From Trichoplax sp. H2 (taxonomy: Eukaryota): DNA of 64,000 nucleotides. Positions 38,120-52,000 of this stretch are shown here, piece by piece. Below the pieces are notes generated by a model. The model saw only the letters and a program-made list of their open reading frames with translations, did no database searches and was not told the DNA's origin. The translations under genes were made by a program, and so were the position numbers. The stretch covers positions 124,001 to 188,000 of the forward strand of contig NOWV01000105.1 of NCBI GenBank assembly GCA_003344405.1. The letters run 5' to 3'. The stretch's first letter is position 1. Each line of letters starts with the position of its first letter.

Positions 38120-41100
38120 CTATTTCTGTAACGCAGCTGTTTGAAGGCTCGCAAAGATAGTTAACACCATCTTGGGCTTGATTTCAATTAAGTCTGCAGG
38201 TAAAGCAAACACGGCTGCTCCGATTCTTCTTGCCATAGTGACAGCATACTGAGCATTTAATTGTTTCTCCATTTCTGTTTGGCCCGAATTCACAATATTG
38301 TAGTCAACTGAGCCTGGTACAATAGCATCGACTAAGTCGATAACAGCTAGACTAGTTGAGATTGACGGGTCTTTAAAGCTCGAAATTGCTGATGTTTTTC
38401 TTGCTTTTTTCAATTTGCTGTTGACCCAGTCAATAATTTCCGAATCGGAAATAGGCTTATCACTATGGACTAATTTTGCAAGTAAAGCAAGTGTATATTC
38501 CCGCATCATTTGCCAAACTAGTGCTAAAGATGCAGTAAAGTAATTTGAGAAAGTTACTCAGCTTTGCCAAATATTTTAATTATACTTTTTTAAATTACAG
38601 TATAAATATTTAAAACTATGCGAATAGAATAACTGCAACAAACATTCATCAGATAGATATACACCTGTGACCAGTGTCTTTGTTCCGTTGAAGATATCTT
38701 CACCACCAATACCAACTAAAGAAAATTTAAGATTTTTTCCAATTTCTACAGCGTAGTTACAATTCTCGATTTTCTTCATTTTGCCACCCATTTGCTTAAA
38801 AGGTGGACGGTTTACTTTATCCCAATTCACCACACCAGGCTTTATTTTGTCGTATAGCTACATCAATTAAGAATAACATAAAATGAGAGAGAGATTGATT
38901 GCTGTCGTTATTGCTCATATGTGGTCGCATAACAGTATATTTGAAATTTATATTTACCTGAAACAGTACCATTCCGTCCCTTATATCATAGTACAAATTG
39001 TTAATGAAGGGATTTACGCCTAAGCTATTCATCCAATTTCTAAAAGCTGAGAGTGTTATATATTTAGTCAAGGAAATCGAAAATATGATCTTGTGTATAA
39101 ATAGAAATACTTTTTTCCTCTCTTGATTCATCATACGCCTCAATTTCTTCATTGCTTTTTGGCACCAGAGCAGGATAATTATTGAATAAGTTGGCAACGA
39201 AGGCCAGATTTAGTTTTTGATTTCCCGCAACGACATCCTAAGTTAAGCATACATCATAGCATGTTTAAATATTTCGTTAATGAAGATATCGTGCTTATGG
39301 TGGTATAAAATTTGACACACCTTTGCTCCAATAAAGTGACGGCAACCAATTTTCTCAGCCTCAAATAATAGACACTCTGCGCGCTTAGTAAGATCCTTGG
39401 CCTATAGAATAGCAATAGGTAATTTTAATCTGAAACTTTCCGCGAAATGTTAAATTTATTCCAAGTAAGAATGATATTGTGACTAGTAAAAAGGAAGCCA
39501 CGGGGATTATTACTGCAGAAAGTTACCTTCATTATATCTGATGATGGGCAGCATTTGGAAGGAACAAGCTGATGCAATAAGACGCTATAGGCTTCTGAGT
39601 CCTATGATAAAATATCGATCAGTTATCTATTGGATTGTCGACATAAGATAGCCTGACTTGAAAATAATTTACCTTAATATCACCGCTGAAATTATTAATA
39701 CGCCTATTTGAACCAGCAGCTTTAAGGTGGTGATTAAACCAACGCATAAGGATTTCTTCTGGTGATAACTTTAATATATCATTTAGAGTTTCGCCTTCGT
39801 GTATAACAGCAGCTATTGCAGGACAATTATTAATATTAGTTTTAGCGAAAAGACCAATCTATAAAATAGAAACAGTCATACTAGTTCATATTATGGTATA
39901 TAATAGTTCTTTGATTAAGACTATTTCCTCAACTTATTGTAGTATACCACAAGTAAAACCAGATGCCACATTAGTAATAATAATCAAGTGTATAAATCAT
40001 TTAATCAAGGAATATAAATATAATATTATTAACCCTGATAATTTGCCATAAAAGACCCAAAATTAAATGCTGGCGGCCTTGCATGATATCTTGTGGTCCA
40101 ATGTTAACTACAGTACAACCGATAGCTCGTGCACTATTGATAACCAGCGTTTGATTTTCTTGCATAGTAAAAGCAGTCAATTTAGTTGTGTTAATTGCAC
40201 GTTCATCCACGGTTTTGCTAGCGGAGAGGTTGATTAACTTACTGCAATAATTTAATAGAAAAAACAAATCACGGTTTAATGATTGATATCCATATTGGAT
40301 TTATTGGGATATTTTACAGACAATAATTGCTATTTTTTGTATAGATTAGTTAAGCTATTGTAACTTGACTAATAATTAAACAACAATCAGTTGTTTAATT
40401 ACAGTATCCTAATAGTCCAAATAGAGCTGATTAAAGATACGTTTATGATTGAATCAAGAAAATTTATCGTATTCATTGACGTTTACTCGTAATGGTAATT
40501 ATTCATAGCGAATTCCTTACACGTGTAAGTGTAAACATAAGCGATATTGGAATGTTGGGCTATTGTTACTAGTAAAGAACTTACTGAAGATATTGCCCGT
40601 TCTACAATAGTATTTGATCGGTATTAACGTCCAAAATGGGACTCTACTACGCTATGGACATCGAATATATTGCAGTAAATTGGTATAGGAGGTGTTCCTC
40701 AATTTAAAATGGAACCAAATTGAGGTATAAGGATAAAATAGTCCAAAAGGACGAGAAGATTAACCAAGTTAGCTATCATTGGCTATTAATGCAAGCTATA
40801 TCTATATTTCTTAACTGCATGAATGGATTATACGATACTAATTACAGTTTTACACTTACCATAAGATGATGCCATCTTTGCAGCGTTCAAATAATTCATT
40901 TTTTCCAAGGGTATTATCAATTGGTAAATATTTAGCCAAGCTACCATCATTTTTTAAAGACGTGTTAATCCAATTAGTAAAGCTTCGATATTCTGCGTCG
41001 GAAGAAGAATGTTTCGTACCCTGGTCATTCGCTTCAGTGGTACTGCTGGCTACTTGTATGTTGTCAACCTTTTGAATTACAGCTTTGAATCCATGGGCTG

Positions 41101-43991
41101 TAGCCTGTCCTGTAGTTGATGCAAATATCTAAGAAAAAAATGCGTCAAAGCAGTAATACTTCAGCAATATAACATTTTGCGGAAAATTTACTCTTTAATT
41201 TTACTATTAAATGTTACATCGCAAAATGATACGCACACGTATTGCACCAGATTATAGTCACTTCTAATATTAGGCAATAATCAGTTTCTAATCTTCTATT
41301 AGTTAAATAGCTTTTTCAATGTTGACAGTATTTTTCATGCTTATTGAATTGCATACTTATATGCGAAACTAATTTATCTTATATGTTACTGTCAAAGTCT
41401 AATGTATATATACCAATAGTAAGACATTTTATTGGTCAGTTGCATAGTAATCATCATACTAATAATCAAAATCTGAATAGAATAGTAATCAAATCAGGCT
41501 TTTATCCTTGCTTCTAGCATAATATTAATGAACCACTAGAATTTAAAAATAAGATTATGCTATGGATAAACGTAATTACAGTATAGACGTTGCGATTTTT
41601 AATATACTGTATATATGAGTTCTGTTTTAATTATGTGGAATAAATGAGCTTAAATGCACATTTTGGATAACTATATAATGGTTAGAGGATTAATTGCAAT
41701 GAATAAGAAGTAAAAAATTTTTCGACTATACCAGATATGATTGAAATACTAAGAGTAAATATTTCTAATTACTAATCTGGACCTTGTTGACTAAGATACG
41801 CCTGTGAAAACAGCTACGATATTAATTTTGAATATCGTTGATTTCTGATTAAAATACGATTTTTGAGTTTAAGCACCTATGTGAGAATGTGAAACATTAA
41901 CAGAAAAATAATAGCGCTTGAGTAGATCGATGACGCACTTTTCCTCTTTAGTTTTTATGTAGAGGAATTGTTTAGGTTGATAACTGAATTATAATTATGA
42001 GAATCTACCCGTANNNNNNNNNNNNNNNNNNNNATAAACGTAATTACAGTATAGACGTTGCGATTTTTAATATACTGTATATATGAGTTCTGTTTTAATT
42101 ATGTGGAATAAATGAGCTTAAATGCACATTTTGGATAACAATATAATGGTTAGAGGATTAATTGCAATGAATAAGAAGTAAAAAATTTTTCGACTATACC
42201 AGATATGATTGAAATACGATTTTTGAGTTTAAGCACCTATGTGAGAATGTGGAACATTAACAGAAAAATAATAGCGCTTGAGTAGATCGATGACGCACTT
42301 TTCCTCTTTAGTTTTTATGTAGAGGAATTGTTTAGGTTAATAACTGAATTATAATTATGAGAATCTACCCGTAATATCGTAATAAAGTAGGCAGTTAAGA
42401 ACTGTAAGCAGGTGTTTACACCATTCGAGTTATGAATACTGTACTTTAAATATTACAATAGAAACTCGTCAGCAATAATTGTATAACTTCCATTCAAAAT
42501 TTATCTTTGATTCTAGATTATTAGTAAAACATATAACTTATATACGACTAAGATAGAGTATCTCGGTCAGATTTATTTTGTTCATGAAATTACATCAATT
42601 ATGATACTATCGCTAGTGGAAATTGTAGTTTAATTACTGGACTATGTCTTTACTGGTATAAATCAACAAATGCCTTCGACCAGTCAACCTAAGTTGCTTC
42701 ATTTATTGTTTGGTTAAGGTGCTTTAAGCAATGTTTTAGTTACATAGCTTATGGTTTAGTTTCTGTATTAATGATAATATTTTAAACCATTTCCGAATTC
42801 AGGATCTCACATCTGTTGTAATTTCTCAGAAATTGAGAAGAGAACTCACTGATTCTATTTAACAGATATCTAATGGATAAATTTCGAATGGATAGTTACA
42901 TTATAGTTTTTATGGTAATCATAGTGCTGTTGATAGCAATACAAGATGGTGATTGATAACAAGCTAAGCGGGACTGAGTTTTTTGTACCTGATCTGTGAG
43001 AACTGGTGCGTCAAATGCTTCAATAAAACAAATTAATAATTGATTGGAAAGAAGTATTTTCATATTTCAATATTCAGGAGAATAATCTTGTAAAATATAG
43101 TAAGCTAATGTTTTTACTATTAATCTGGGTTTTATTCAAATTACAATAATGTAACAAAAATGATTAAGTAAAGTAGGTTACATGTATTGTAAATGAAAAT
43201 GATATAGTAAACGCTATCTAGGGCAAGGGATTTAGATTATATAATATAATGATTTAAATTTTATTTAATTTGTTTATCGACAAAATTATAATTTATGTCG
43301 TAGGAAGAGCAGTCTTATCCGTAATAAGACTGAAAGTAAGTAATGATATTAACAGTGTAATAACTTACAAGTAAATTAAAATCAAATTTTATCATAATCA
43401 CGGGATTAATATTGCTAAGTAGAATATCGACTTTAATCTTACTTGAAGAAATTCGTTGAATTCAACAGTTCCATTTTTATCCCTGTCGACTTCGTTGATT
43501 ATTTGACGCAATTTGAAGCCCGGTATGTCTTCACCTAGTGCTTTCATAACGTTGCCTATTTCTGCACTGGTGATGTGACCATTTTTGTCTATATCGAACT
43601 GAAGTATTAACAAAATTATAAATTAATAAATTAGCTAAAAGATATTAACAACATCTTTTTAAGTTATTTTTTACAGCGATATACTAATCGATAAAAAAAT
43701 CAGTTATTATGGCCATCTTATCATACCAGAATACTACAGTTACAGAACGCATTATCACGAAAAAGGTGCTAAATAATATCGGCATCAAATCAATGAAGGA
43801 AAAATAAGAAATTGATTCGAATTACAGCAGTATCGTAACTTGCTGTAAGTTCAATTTTTCACTGGATATGGTGAAGAAACGACGAATTCGGCGTTAACTT
43901 TAGGCATAGTGCTATGAATAGGTTTTACCTTATTAAATGAGTTTCGGATTTGCTTAACTATACTTTCGGGGAGTTCAGGAGCTGCAGCCAT
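38120..43991 (-). CDS. Plastin/fimbrin paralogue B, 11 exons (43991-43929, 43598-43443, 41128-40860, 40241-40034, 39858-39673, 39601-39527, 39401-39321, 39237-39111, 39046-38958, 38857-38665, 38523-38120)
   Basis: EF loops [12 protein letters not shown] and [66 protein letters not shown]. Intron positions and phases equal those of paralogue A. Confidence 0.96.
41566..42373. other. Scaffold gap (20 N, 42014-42033) with near-identical duplicated flanks
   Basis: 41566-42013 recurs at 42034-42373 apart from a 108-bp indel and a few SNPs, as expected for an unmerged allelic overlap. Confidence 0.9.
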
Positions 43992-44044
43992 CTTGAGAGT
44001 GTATTGCAGGTACAGCCTAACAACACTACAATCAAATTTCAGTT

Positions 44045-44502
44045 GGGAAATGGTGTCGAGTTGGGTTGGTCGCAAAGTTTATATAGCCTGTTTGCATTGA
44101 CCAACTGTACAAAGGCCCAATCCTTCATTCTGCCACAGCATTGTTTTGTAATTTGCAATGGGAAATGGTGTCGAGTTGGGTTGGTCGCAAAGTTTATATA
44201 GCCTGTTTGCATTGACCAACTGTACAAAGGCCCAATCCTTCATTCTGCCACAGCATTGTTTTGTAATTTGCAATGGGAAATGGTGTCGAGTTGGGTTGGT
44301 CGCAAAGTTTATATAGCCTGTTTGCATTGACCAACTGTACAAAGGCCCAATCCTTCATTCTGCCACAGCATTGTTTTGTAATTTGCAATGGGAAATGGTG
44401 TCGAGTTGGGTTGGTCGCAAAGTTTATATAGCCTGTTTGCATTGACCAACTGTACAAAGGCCCAATCCTTCATTCTGCCACAACATTTTTTTGTAATTTG
44501 CA
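44045..44502. repeat. Tandem repeat, 115 bp x about 4, immediately upstream of plastin B
   Basis: gggaaatggtgtcgagttgggttggtcgcaaagtttatatagcc at 44045, 44160, 44275 and 44390. The first three copies look identical; the fourth diverges at its end. Confidence 0.97.
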
Positions 44503-46136
44503 GTTGGTTAACATTCTAAGAAACTACGCCAAGAGCGCCACAGTAACAATTAAGAAATATAACAATGGGTTATATATCATTACAAATAGAACATAATAAC
44601 CTTGATCGTAATCGCATATAATACTGAATATTATTTCTGCTCATCTAATTTGAATTTTATGATATTATTGAATACATAAGGAAAGGGGCAGTAATAGCGT
44701 GTACTAGTACTAAATTTCAACATCAAATTTTTCCATAGGAGTGTATGGTGTTGATGCGTATGTAATTAGACATCATTATTTAATAATAATTTGTTCTGCA
44801 TTATCTTCAGGATAATTTGATGATCATGATAATACATTAACTATAATGTCTCGTATATTATCCATATTATAATTTTACTTTTTATTAAGGAAATATGCGT
44901 TGTATTAAAGTAATATCGCTACAGTATGGTCGTTGTCCTATAAGTAAGATATCGTTTATTGAATTTTGCACAATGCTTGTTGTTTAGTAGCAGACGTCCA
45001 ACACGAATTATATATTATAACACGTTATCGGCATTGTGAATTACATTTCATTCTTCAATTCTATTTGTGGTCTTTTCTATTATTGGGGAAATGGTAATTT
45101 AATGTGCAAGATAATAGAACTGTATAGATGAATGTCTCGACACAAGTACGTGTATAAGCACTGTTTTTCCGGCATTAAAATTTCTCAGTAATTAGGCTAA
45201 AAATTTATCGTGCCTTACTTTACGTATAACAGGAAAACCAAAATCATAGATCAACAAAACCACATTCAAGTTTGCTTCATACAGAAAATGCTACAAATAT
45301 CATTAATTTCATTAAAAGTTATAATCTCTATTTTGTTAATTTTTCTTTTTATTAAAAACAACCCATCTTCCTTGGATACGGTCAGAGAATAGAAGCAGCC
45401 TTCTCATTGGCCGAAATATGACCAGTCTTCCTATGCTAGAACTGTAAAAAACACAATATGAATATTACTTTATCTCGTATTGTGGTTGCAATTAGTCATT
45501 CTAATGAAATAATTTCGAGATTTGTAACGGAAATTTCCAGTGTTGTTCTGGATTAAGTGTAAATGAGGTAAAGAAATAATTATAATCTTTGATATTTTTT
45601 ATATTTATCCCTTACTGTATGTTAACGCTAAGGTGTATAAAAAATAGTAATCAATTGATTATTGTCTTCCCTATTTTTGCTTCGTACTTTGTTTCTATAT
45701 TCAGTCTTCTCAATGCTAGTAAAGAGTAATAATTTTATTGTAGGGAAATAGGTTCTATAATGAGTTCCAATAATTCTACGTAAGATGGCTGCGCTAAAAC
45801 TAAGTGGACTGGTGGTGTCAGGATTTATATTTAAGGGCAAAGATAGTTGTGTGCGATTAAGAAGGATATAAAAGGCTGACACCTTCAGGAGGGACTTGAG
45901 TTGATAGCCTGATAAGTAGGGGTGGGGTGCATATTTTTAAAATGCCCAGAGCTGTAAGTTGCTAGAATTTTTCAATCAGTTTAAAATTAAAATGAATTGA
46001 AAGTGCATACAATGATTCTTAAAAATCATCCAACAGAAGTATAAAGCATTGAGGTACCCTTTATGTAGTGGTAACAATAGAGAGTCTCTTGATGGGCAAT
46101 TGGGCCTTAAGCTGTGGCAGATAGAACGCTTAACCT

Positions 46137-46275
46137 ATCTTGAAGTTCAAATATGTCATATCGTATTCAGGGATAGCACGAGACTTGGGAAGTTTATCTT
46201 ACCTTCAGAATACTAGTCTTATATTGAAGTTCAAATATGCTATATCATATAGAGGGATAGCACGAGATTTAGGAG
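46137..46275. repeat. Short diverged direct repeat (about 55 bp, about 84-bp period)
   Basis: ttgaagttcaaatatg...agggatagcacgaga occurs twice. Confidence 0.8.
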
Positions 46276-46660
46276 GCTTGCTTTGCCCTATCGGCGTAGT
46301 GACGTAAAATCAGGAAATTTTCAGACGGCGGGTAACCGTCAATCATGAACAGAATTGAAAGGGCGATTAAGTGTTGACGTAAAAACAGTGATTATTCCTT
46401 ACTCAGTTGTTCACTATTGCCTTTGAAAAGTATTAAATGGACCTATGGCAAATGCAATCATTGTGCTAATGATCAAAATTTTAGTAATCGCTAACGTCTT
46501 CAAGAAATGGAAAATATTTGGCTAAAATAGTCCTTATATATCATGCATAGCTTTGGGCAGTATTTACGATTTATTTACTATTGGGTCATGTTTACCCGAG
46601 CTTGCAACGCCATGTCATATAGAATTTGACCATCAGAAGGTAATGAAAAGTTGTATGGTA

Positions 46661-47036
46661 TAAGCGTCTATTCAGAAATAATATGATTTTAATATCTTTC
46701 TGATAGCTATAATTGTCTTTCTAGCTTCCCCTTCAGATATTAAAGGTACAGTGAACCTAAACAAAATTCTTCCCATAAATATGCTTAATATGAAAACTGA
46801 CCTAGAATGAATATACGATTCTTGCAACACTGGAAATGATATTTTATAGTTTAGTTAGAATCATTAAGTTAATAAAGTTGTACAATGTAAGTGTCTATTC
46901 AGAATAGGAAATAATGTGTTTTTGGTATCTTTCTGATAGTTCTGATAGTCTTTCTAACTTCCCGTCAAATATTTATGAGCACACTGAACCAGAAAAAATT
47001 CTTCCCGTAAAATATGCTAAATACGAAGACAGACCT
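46661..47036. repeat. Diverged direct repeat, about 145 bp x2
   Basis: taag(c/t)gtctattcagaata...tatctttctgatag...aaaattcttccc...gacct at about 46661 and about 46888. Confidence 0.8.
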
Positions 47037-49039
47037 GTTTCTCATATCTGTACATGCAAGTCAGAATTCCGGGCAACGAAAAAATAAATGTGAAGGAAAT
47101 TCAAAGTATACCTGCTCTAAAGAGAACCGATTCATTTCAAATTCGTAATCGCAATTAACTGTACATATAAACTACAGGTATGTAATGACCGGTGTGTAGA
47201 ATTTGAATTTCCGCGAGCTATGTTTATGTTCTACCTTAATCCTCCAAAGATTTAATTGATTGCATTTCATACTTGAGTACAAAAATAATTTGAAAAGTAA
47301 GAAAAATCTTTAAGCATAATTTTTAAAGATATTACAGGAAAATTGGGTACGAAAATATAGAATTCTTATAAAAATAATGATATGCTATGCGAAAAATTGG
47401 GTTAGGTTCTGGGCATATTGGTGCACTAAACTGCGAATAAAGACCGCAAACTACATGTTCTATGTTGACTCTCTTAATAAAGAACAGTAAGCTAATGGTA
47501 TTTATTTTTAAGTGAATTATCAAAGTGTTGTAATATTGATGATATCAAATGGAAGCAGCTCATACGTGAGATTCTAATCCTGTCATTTTAATGCGTATAT
47601 CCTATATTTTCAATTCTGAATCATATCTTGATAGTACTATACGATACAGTGCTTTCTGCTTCAACTGAATATTGTAGCTTAAGATCCATTATAGAAAGCA
47701 ATGATGCTTAAGCGTTGTAAATTTACTTTCAAGTCCTGTAATATTTATTTATAAAGTTATCAGGAAGTGGCTTTCGTTAACAAATGCGAATTTTCGTAGA
47801 TATATTGGTAGCGACTAATAATACTGCCATCTATGGTGCTTTAGATCTTTTACAGATAATTGCGTAATTTCGCAGTTTTATTAAAGTATTAAGAACCGGT
47901 ATTTACGTAAATATAAAATGAATTGACTAATTTTGCTATAAACTTTGGGTTCAGCTTATTCTAAGAGAGACACATAGCTCATTGTAATCTGACGATTAAG
48001 AGTTTTTCGGTATTTAGAGTCTAGTATTGCTCATTTCTTGTAGTACATTTAATTTCCTCATTACAAATTTTATGTTATGAATATTGTGATTTTGATAATG
48101 GCGAGTAGATAAAATCGATTGGTACGAAATGATTAGACACTGTACAAGTAATACTGTAGAAACTTGACTGCAGGTTCCTGTAGATCACCGTGTTGGAGCT
48201 ACGCAATACACTATTATCAGAAATAAGTGACGGAAGAAAATTTGGTAAATACCCCTATCACGGCAGATTTTGTATTATGATGTTCTTAACGATTAATGCT
48301 AATTTAAGATTTTTTAATTAATGCTAGGACAAAAACCATTCATAACTGGATGATTTACAAAAGATTTTAAGTGATATTTACATTGTTTATCATTATAATA
48401 CATTAATTTATTAATGAATATAATTGATGAAATTTAGTCAGAATATTGAATCTGTGTAGACATTGACTGTTTTGAATATGTACTAAAGCATCGGACAGAT
48501 ATTTGATTACTGTGCTTGAATTATAATTACCAGTATGTACGTATCAACAGCATTAAAGTTGCAGTTATTTCATTAGCTTTCATTCTAATGTTAGAATCAA
48601 ATTACCAAGATATGATCTGATATTCACAAAGTGTAGTTAGAGTCATAAGAAATGTATTAGGGACGTAATATTAGATTAAGCATCTCGAATATTAGTTGCG
48701 ATATAAGAGAGCCTGAATGCTGATTAAATATTAGAGACGCAAGATTTAATCAATGATTTGAAAGTAATGGTTTTAACATGAATATTTCTATTATGGTTTT
48801 ATTCACTATAACGTATTTAATGTCATTATTATTACTATGTGCAATTGACTACGACGTCAATTTCTTCGGTAATGTTTACTTAATGTAGATAGAGCAGTTA
48901 ATAAAATAAATGACCCTTGTTTGCAGTGCAAAAAAGGGTTAGGCTAGCACAAAGAACTAATAAATGCTATATCACACCTGCCATTACCGTGATCTCTAAT
49001 TACAATTTTCCTAAAACTGCTATGGTTAAGTTGACCGTA

Positions 49040-52000
49040 ATGGCTGTTCATTACGGTTATTTGATCATGGTAATTTTGCTACCAGTTATATCACAAGTTA
49101 TTACAGCGTCTGCTATGAAAGAAGACAATCGCTTAATCTATCAAAATCGATGCCCTAAAGATTGCACTTGCGACAATTATCATGTCCGCTGTAATTCTAT
49201 TTCGGATTTTTCATTATCTTCATTACCTGCAGATGCAAAGATCGTGTAAGTCTTTGAGGCTGGTAAAATTTTTTGTCAGTGATATTTTCTTCACATCTAA
49301 ATCTTCAGTTATTAAGCGTATCAAAATAAGACGTTTATAAAAGTGTATAATGATAAAACTGTGAATTATAAAATGGTATCCCTTTAATGATACGCTTGTG
49401 TAAAGATTAGTTAGATAATATTAAATTTTACCGTTGTTCCAATACAAACTCATGGAAAGTAGGTTAGTTTTCGTAAGATATTAAAATTATTTAGTCGTGA
49501 TAGCAATATCACGGTAATTACTTTCGATTTGGGTTAGTTTTAAGCGAGTATATACCCAATACTTATACATTGCAGGTGCCGATAAAAGTATTATGAATTC
49601 TCATTTTTATCAATCTACTGTTTGGAAGATTAATTTTAAGAAGCTTTAATATTTTCCGAAGTTCAATAGAAAAGAAAAATTATGACAGTTAATAATTTAT
49701 GCGTCAAGCTACAACAAGGGAACAACACTGTTACCGAAATTTATATTCTTTACGATAATAGGTCATGACAACAATCTTCATGGAAACGTATTCTGACTCC
49801 GACTTGCACGAATTTTTAGCTATTTTCTAAATGATAATGTTCTGGCGAGATACAATTGCCCCATTATTTTGGTAATTTAGTCAGTTGAAAAACAATTTTT
49901 CTCAGTTTCCATTTACTTTGAACTGAGGTTAATTGATAAAAATTGCATTAGGGCTATACTATTTCACTTCTCAAGGAAAGTAGCCCGGAAAAATATTTCA
50001 TTATCTCCTTTAGAACGCCGGTATTAATTATTGCAAAAATTATAATTTAAGTTTGCGTTGATTCGCATACTCGTTAGCCAGTTATCCGTTCAAATTTTAT
50101 TTTTGATAATATAATCATCAGGCGATAAAATATACCATATTATAGATATTAACTTTTACCAATTAAAGTTGCACTGAGAGTATCCATGTTCAATTGCGAG
50201 AATGTTACCATAGTTTGACACTTAATCAGTAATGTAATATAACCATATTCATTAAAGAGTAATCATTAACGGTGCATTTATTTTACTTGACACCGCTCTC
50301 ATTACACATTAAATGAATGCGAATGAACGATGTTGTGCAAAACAACTTTTCCTAGCATACAGTTACAAAAGACCGGAAATTCATTTCGAAGTTCATAGCC
50401 TACTGACATTTGATTAAGAATGGCTTTCTAGATTTAATTCAATAAATTGCAATCCTCGAGCGCTATTTATGTTAATAGGGGATAGATGTAAAAATTGCTG
50501 AATAATTTGCCTGGATTACCTACGCTTTGAATCAATATATAGACTTTCAGAAGTGACGACTGCTTACTGAAGGCTTTCATTGATAGATTACGAGCATTTT
50601 ATTACCTTTAAAAAGGGAATATCAGCTAAGATATTTGTACATAAAAAATTCCAATACGATAAGGCAATAGGTTACACTCTTTTTCTTTACTATATTTAAG
50701 TCTTTGAGAAGAAAAACATAATAATTCTTTTATAACCTTTGCTTATATAGGATTTTCAAAGAAAATTTTCCTTGCGATGCCAATGTTCTAAAATTAATGA
50801 TGTTATTGAGACTTGCAAAGGCAAGACCCCTTCGAATTGTAAGTAAATGCAGTCAACGGCAAAATTCACAGGGGTTGGCATTAATTGATCTCAAGCAATT
50901 GGACTTTTATCCAAAGTCTCCATTTGAATCTCGAGGTAAGAAAATATTTATTATTCTAACAGTCCTAAACATAGAGTATAAGTATTTAATTATTCTAATG
51001 GTCCTAAACATAAAGCATGAAATACGTACCAAAGATTGCAATAGTAAATATGGTATAGGTACATGAAATCTATTTTTACATACTACATATTTTATGGATA
51101 TATACAGTGTGTATGAATAAGATATAATAGTAGTATTGGTAATAATTCAGTACCAGTATTCAACCCCTAAGCATTTCAGTATTTTACAACATTAGACAGT
51201 TTTCTTCATAGACTAAATCTCATACCGATGGCTTTCTGTTAGAAAGACTAAAACATAATATACATTCGACTTTTATTCATATTATGATTCTGGATTTATT
51301 CACGTTAGCACTCTTTAAGAACTATTCACGATGTGCTACATCTTTTAGCATCAATAAAAGATTGAGCGTATTTACTAGTTGGGCACGAGATTATTTGCTT
51401 CTACGTACATAAACTACTCTGTATTAGCGATCGCCAGTGCATGTAAGATAATACGACGGTTATTGCAGATATGCTGTACCTTAAAATTTTTTATCCCGAT
51501 TTGGCTTTGACTGTACTGTTATGCAACAATATCAGACCTAAACGATAAAAATCGAATGTTTTCTAACTGTGTAGTAATGGAAGCTTGGTTAAAAATGGTA
51601 AGGTAAATATGAGTTGATGAAGTTTACTATTCCTTAGGGGTGTTATCTAGAATAAGCTTTTTTACATGCTAGAAAAAATCAATTATTCTACTGCTGGTGA
51701 AGCTTCTTTTTAAAAATGCATTAACTGTGCTATTCAATACCAGATTTTAAGTAAGCTTTGCATTGCCTTATATGCAGTTACTTATTTGCTTTATCATGAA
51801 GGTTTGCGTTTACGACGTGCTACTCCTAAAAATCTCTTCATGCAAGCAATAATTCTCGGTACCTGTTTTAGTGGAGGACTTGCACTTGTAATTCTAATTT
51901 GTTGGCGTAATCGAATGAAGAGAAAACTTCTGGATCGAAGTGAGGAAAATTCGACTATTAATAATACAAATGGCGAGAATAATTTGCAAGTATTTCCTTC

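Noticed and set aside
44039-44457. Three near-identical ORFs (MYSWSMQTGY...)
   Set aside because: Products of the 115-bp repeat; the unit is not a multiple of 3, the starts are non-ATG and no domain is recognisable.
50425-50490. Relic LRR exon (ctag-ATTTAATTCAATAAATTGCAA, DL..NKLQS-like)
   Set aside because: Needs a frameshift and has no matching 72-nt exon with donor; indistinguishable from chance in AT-rich DNA.
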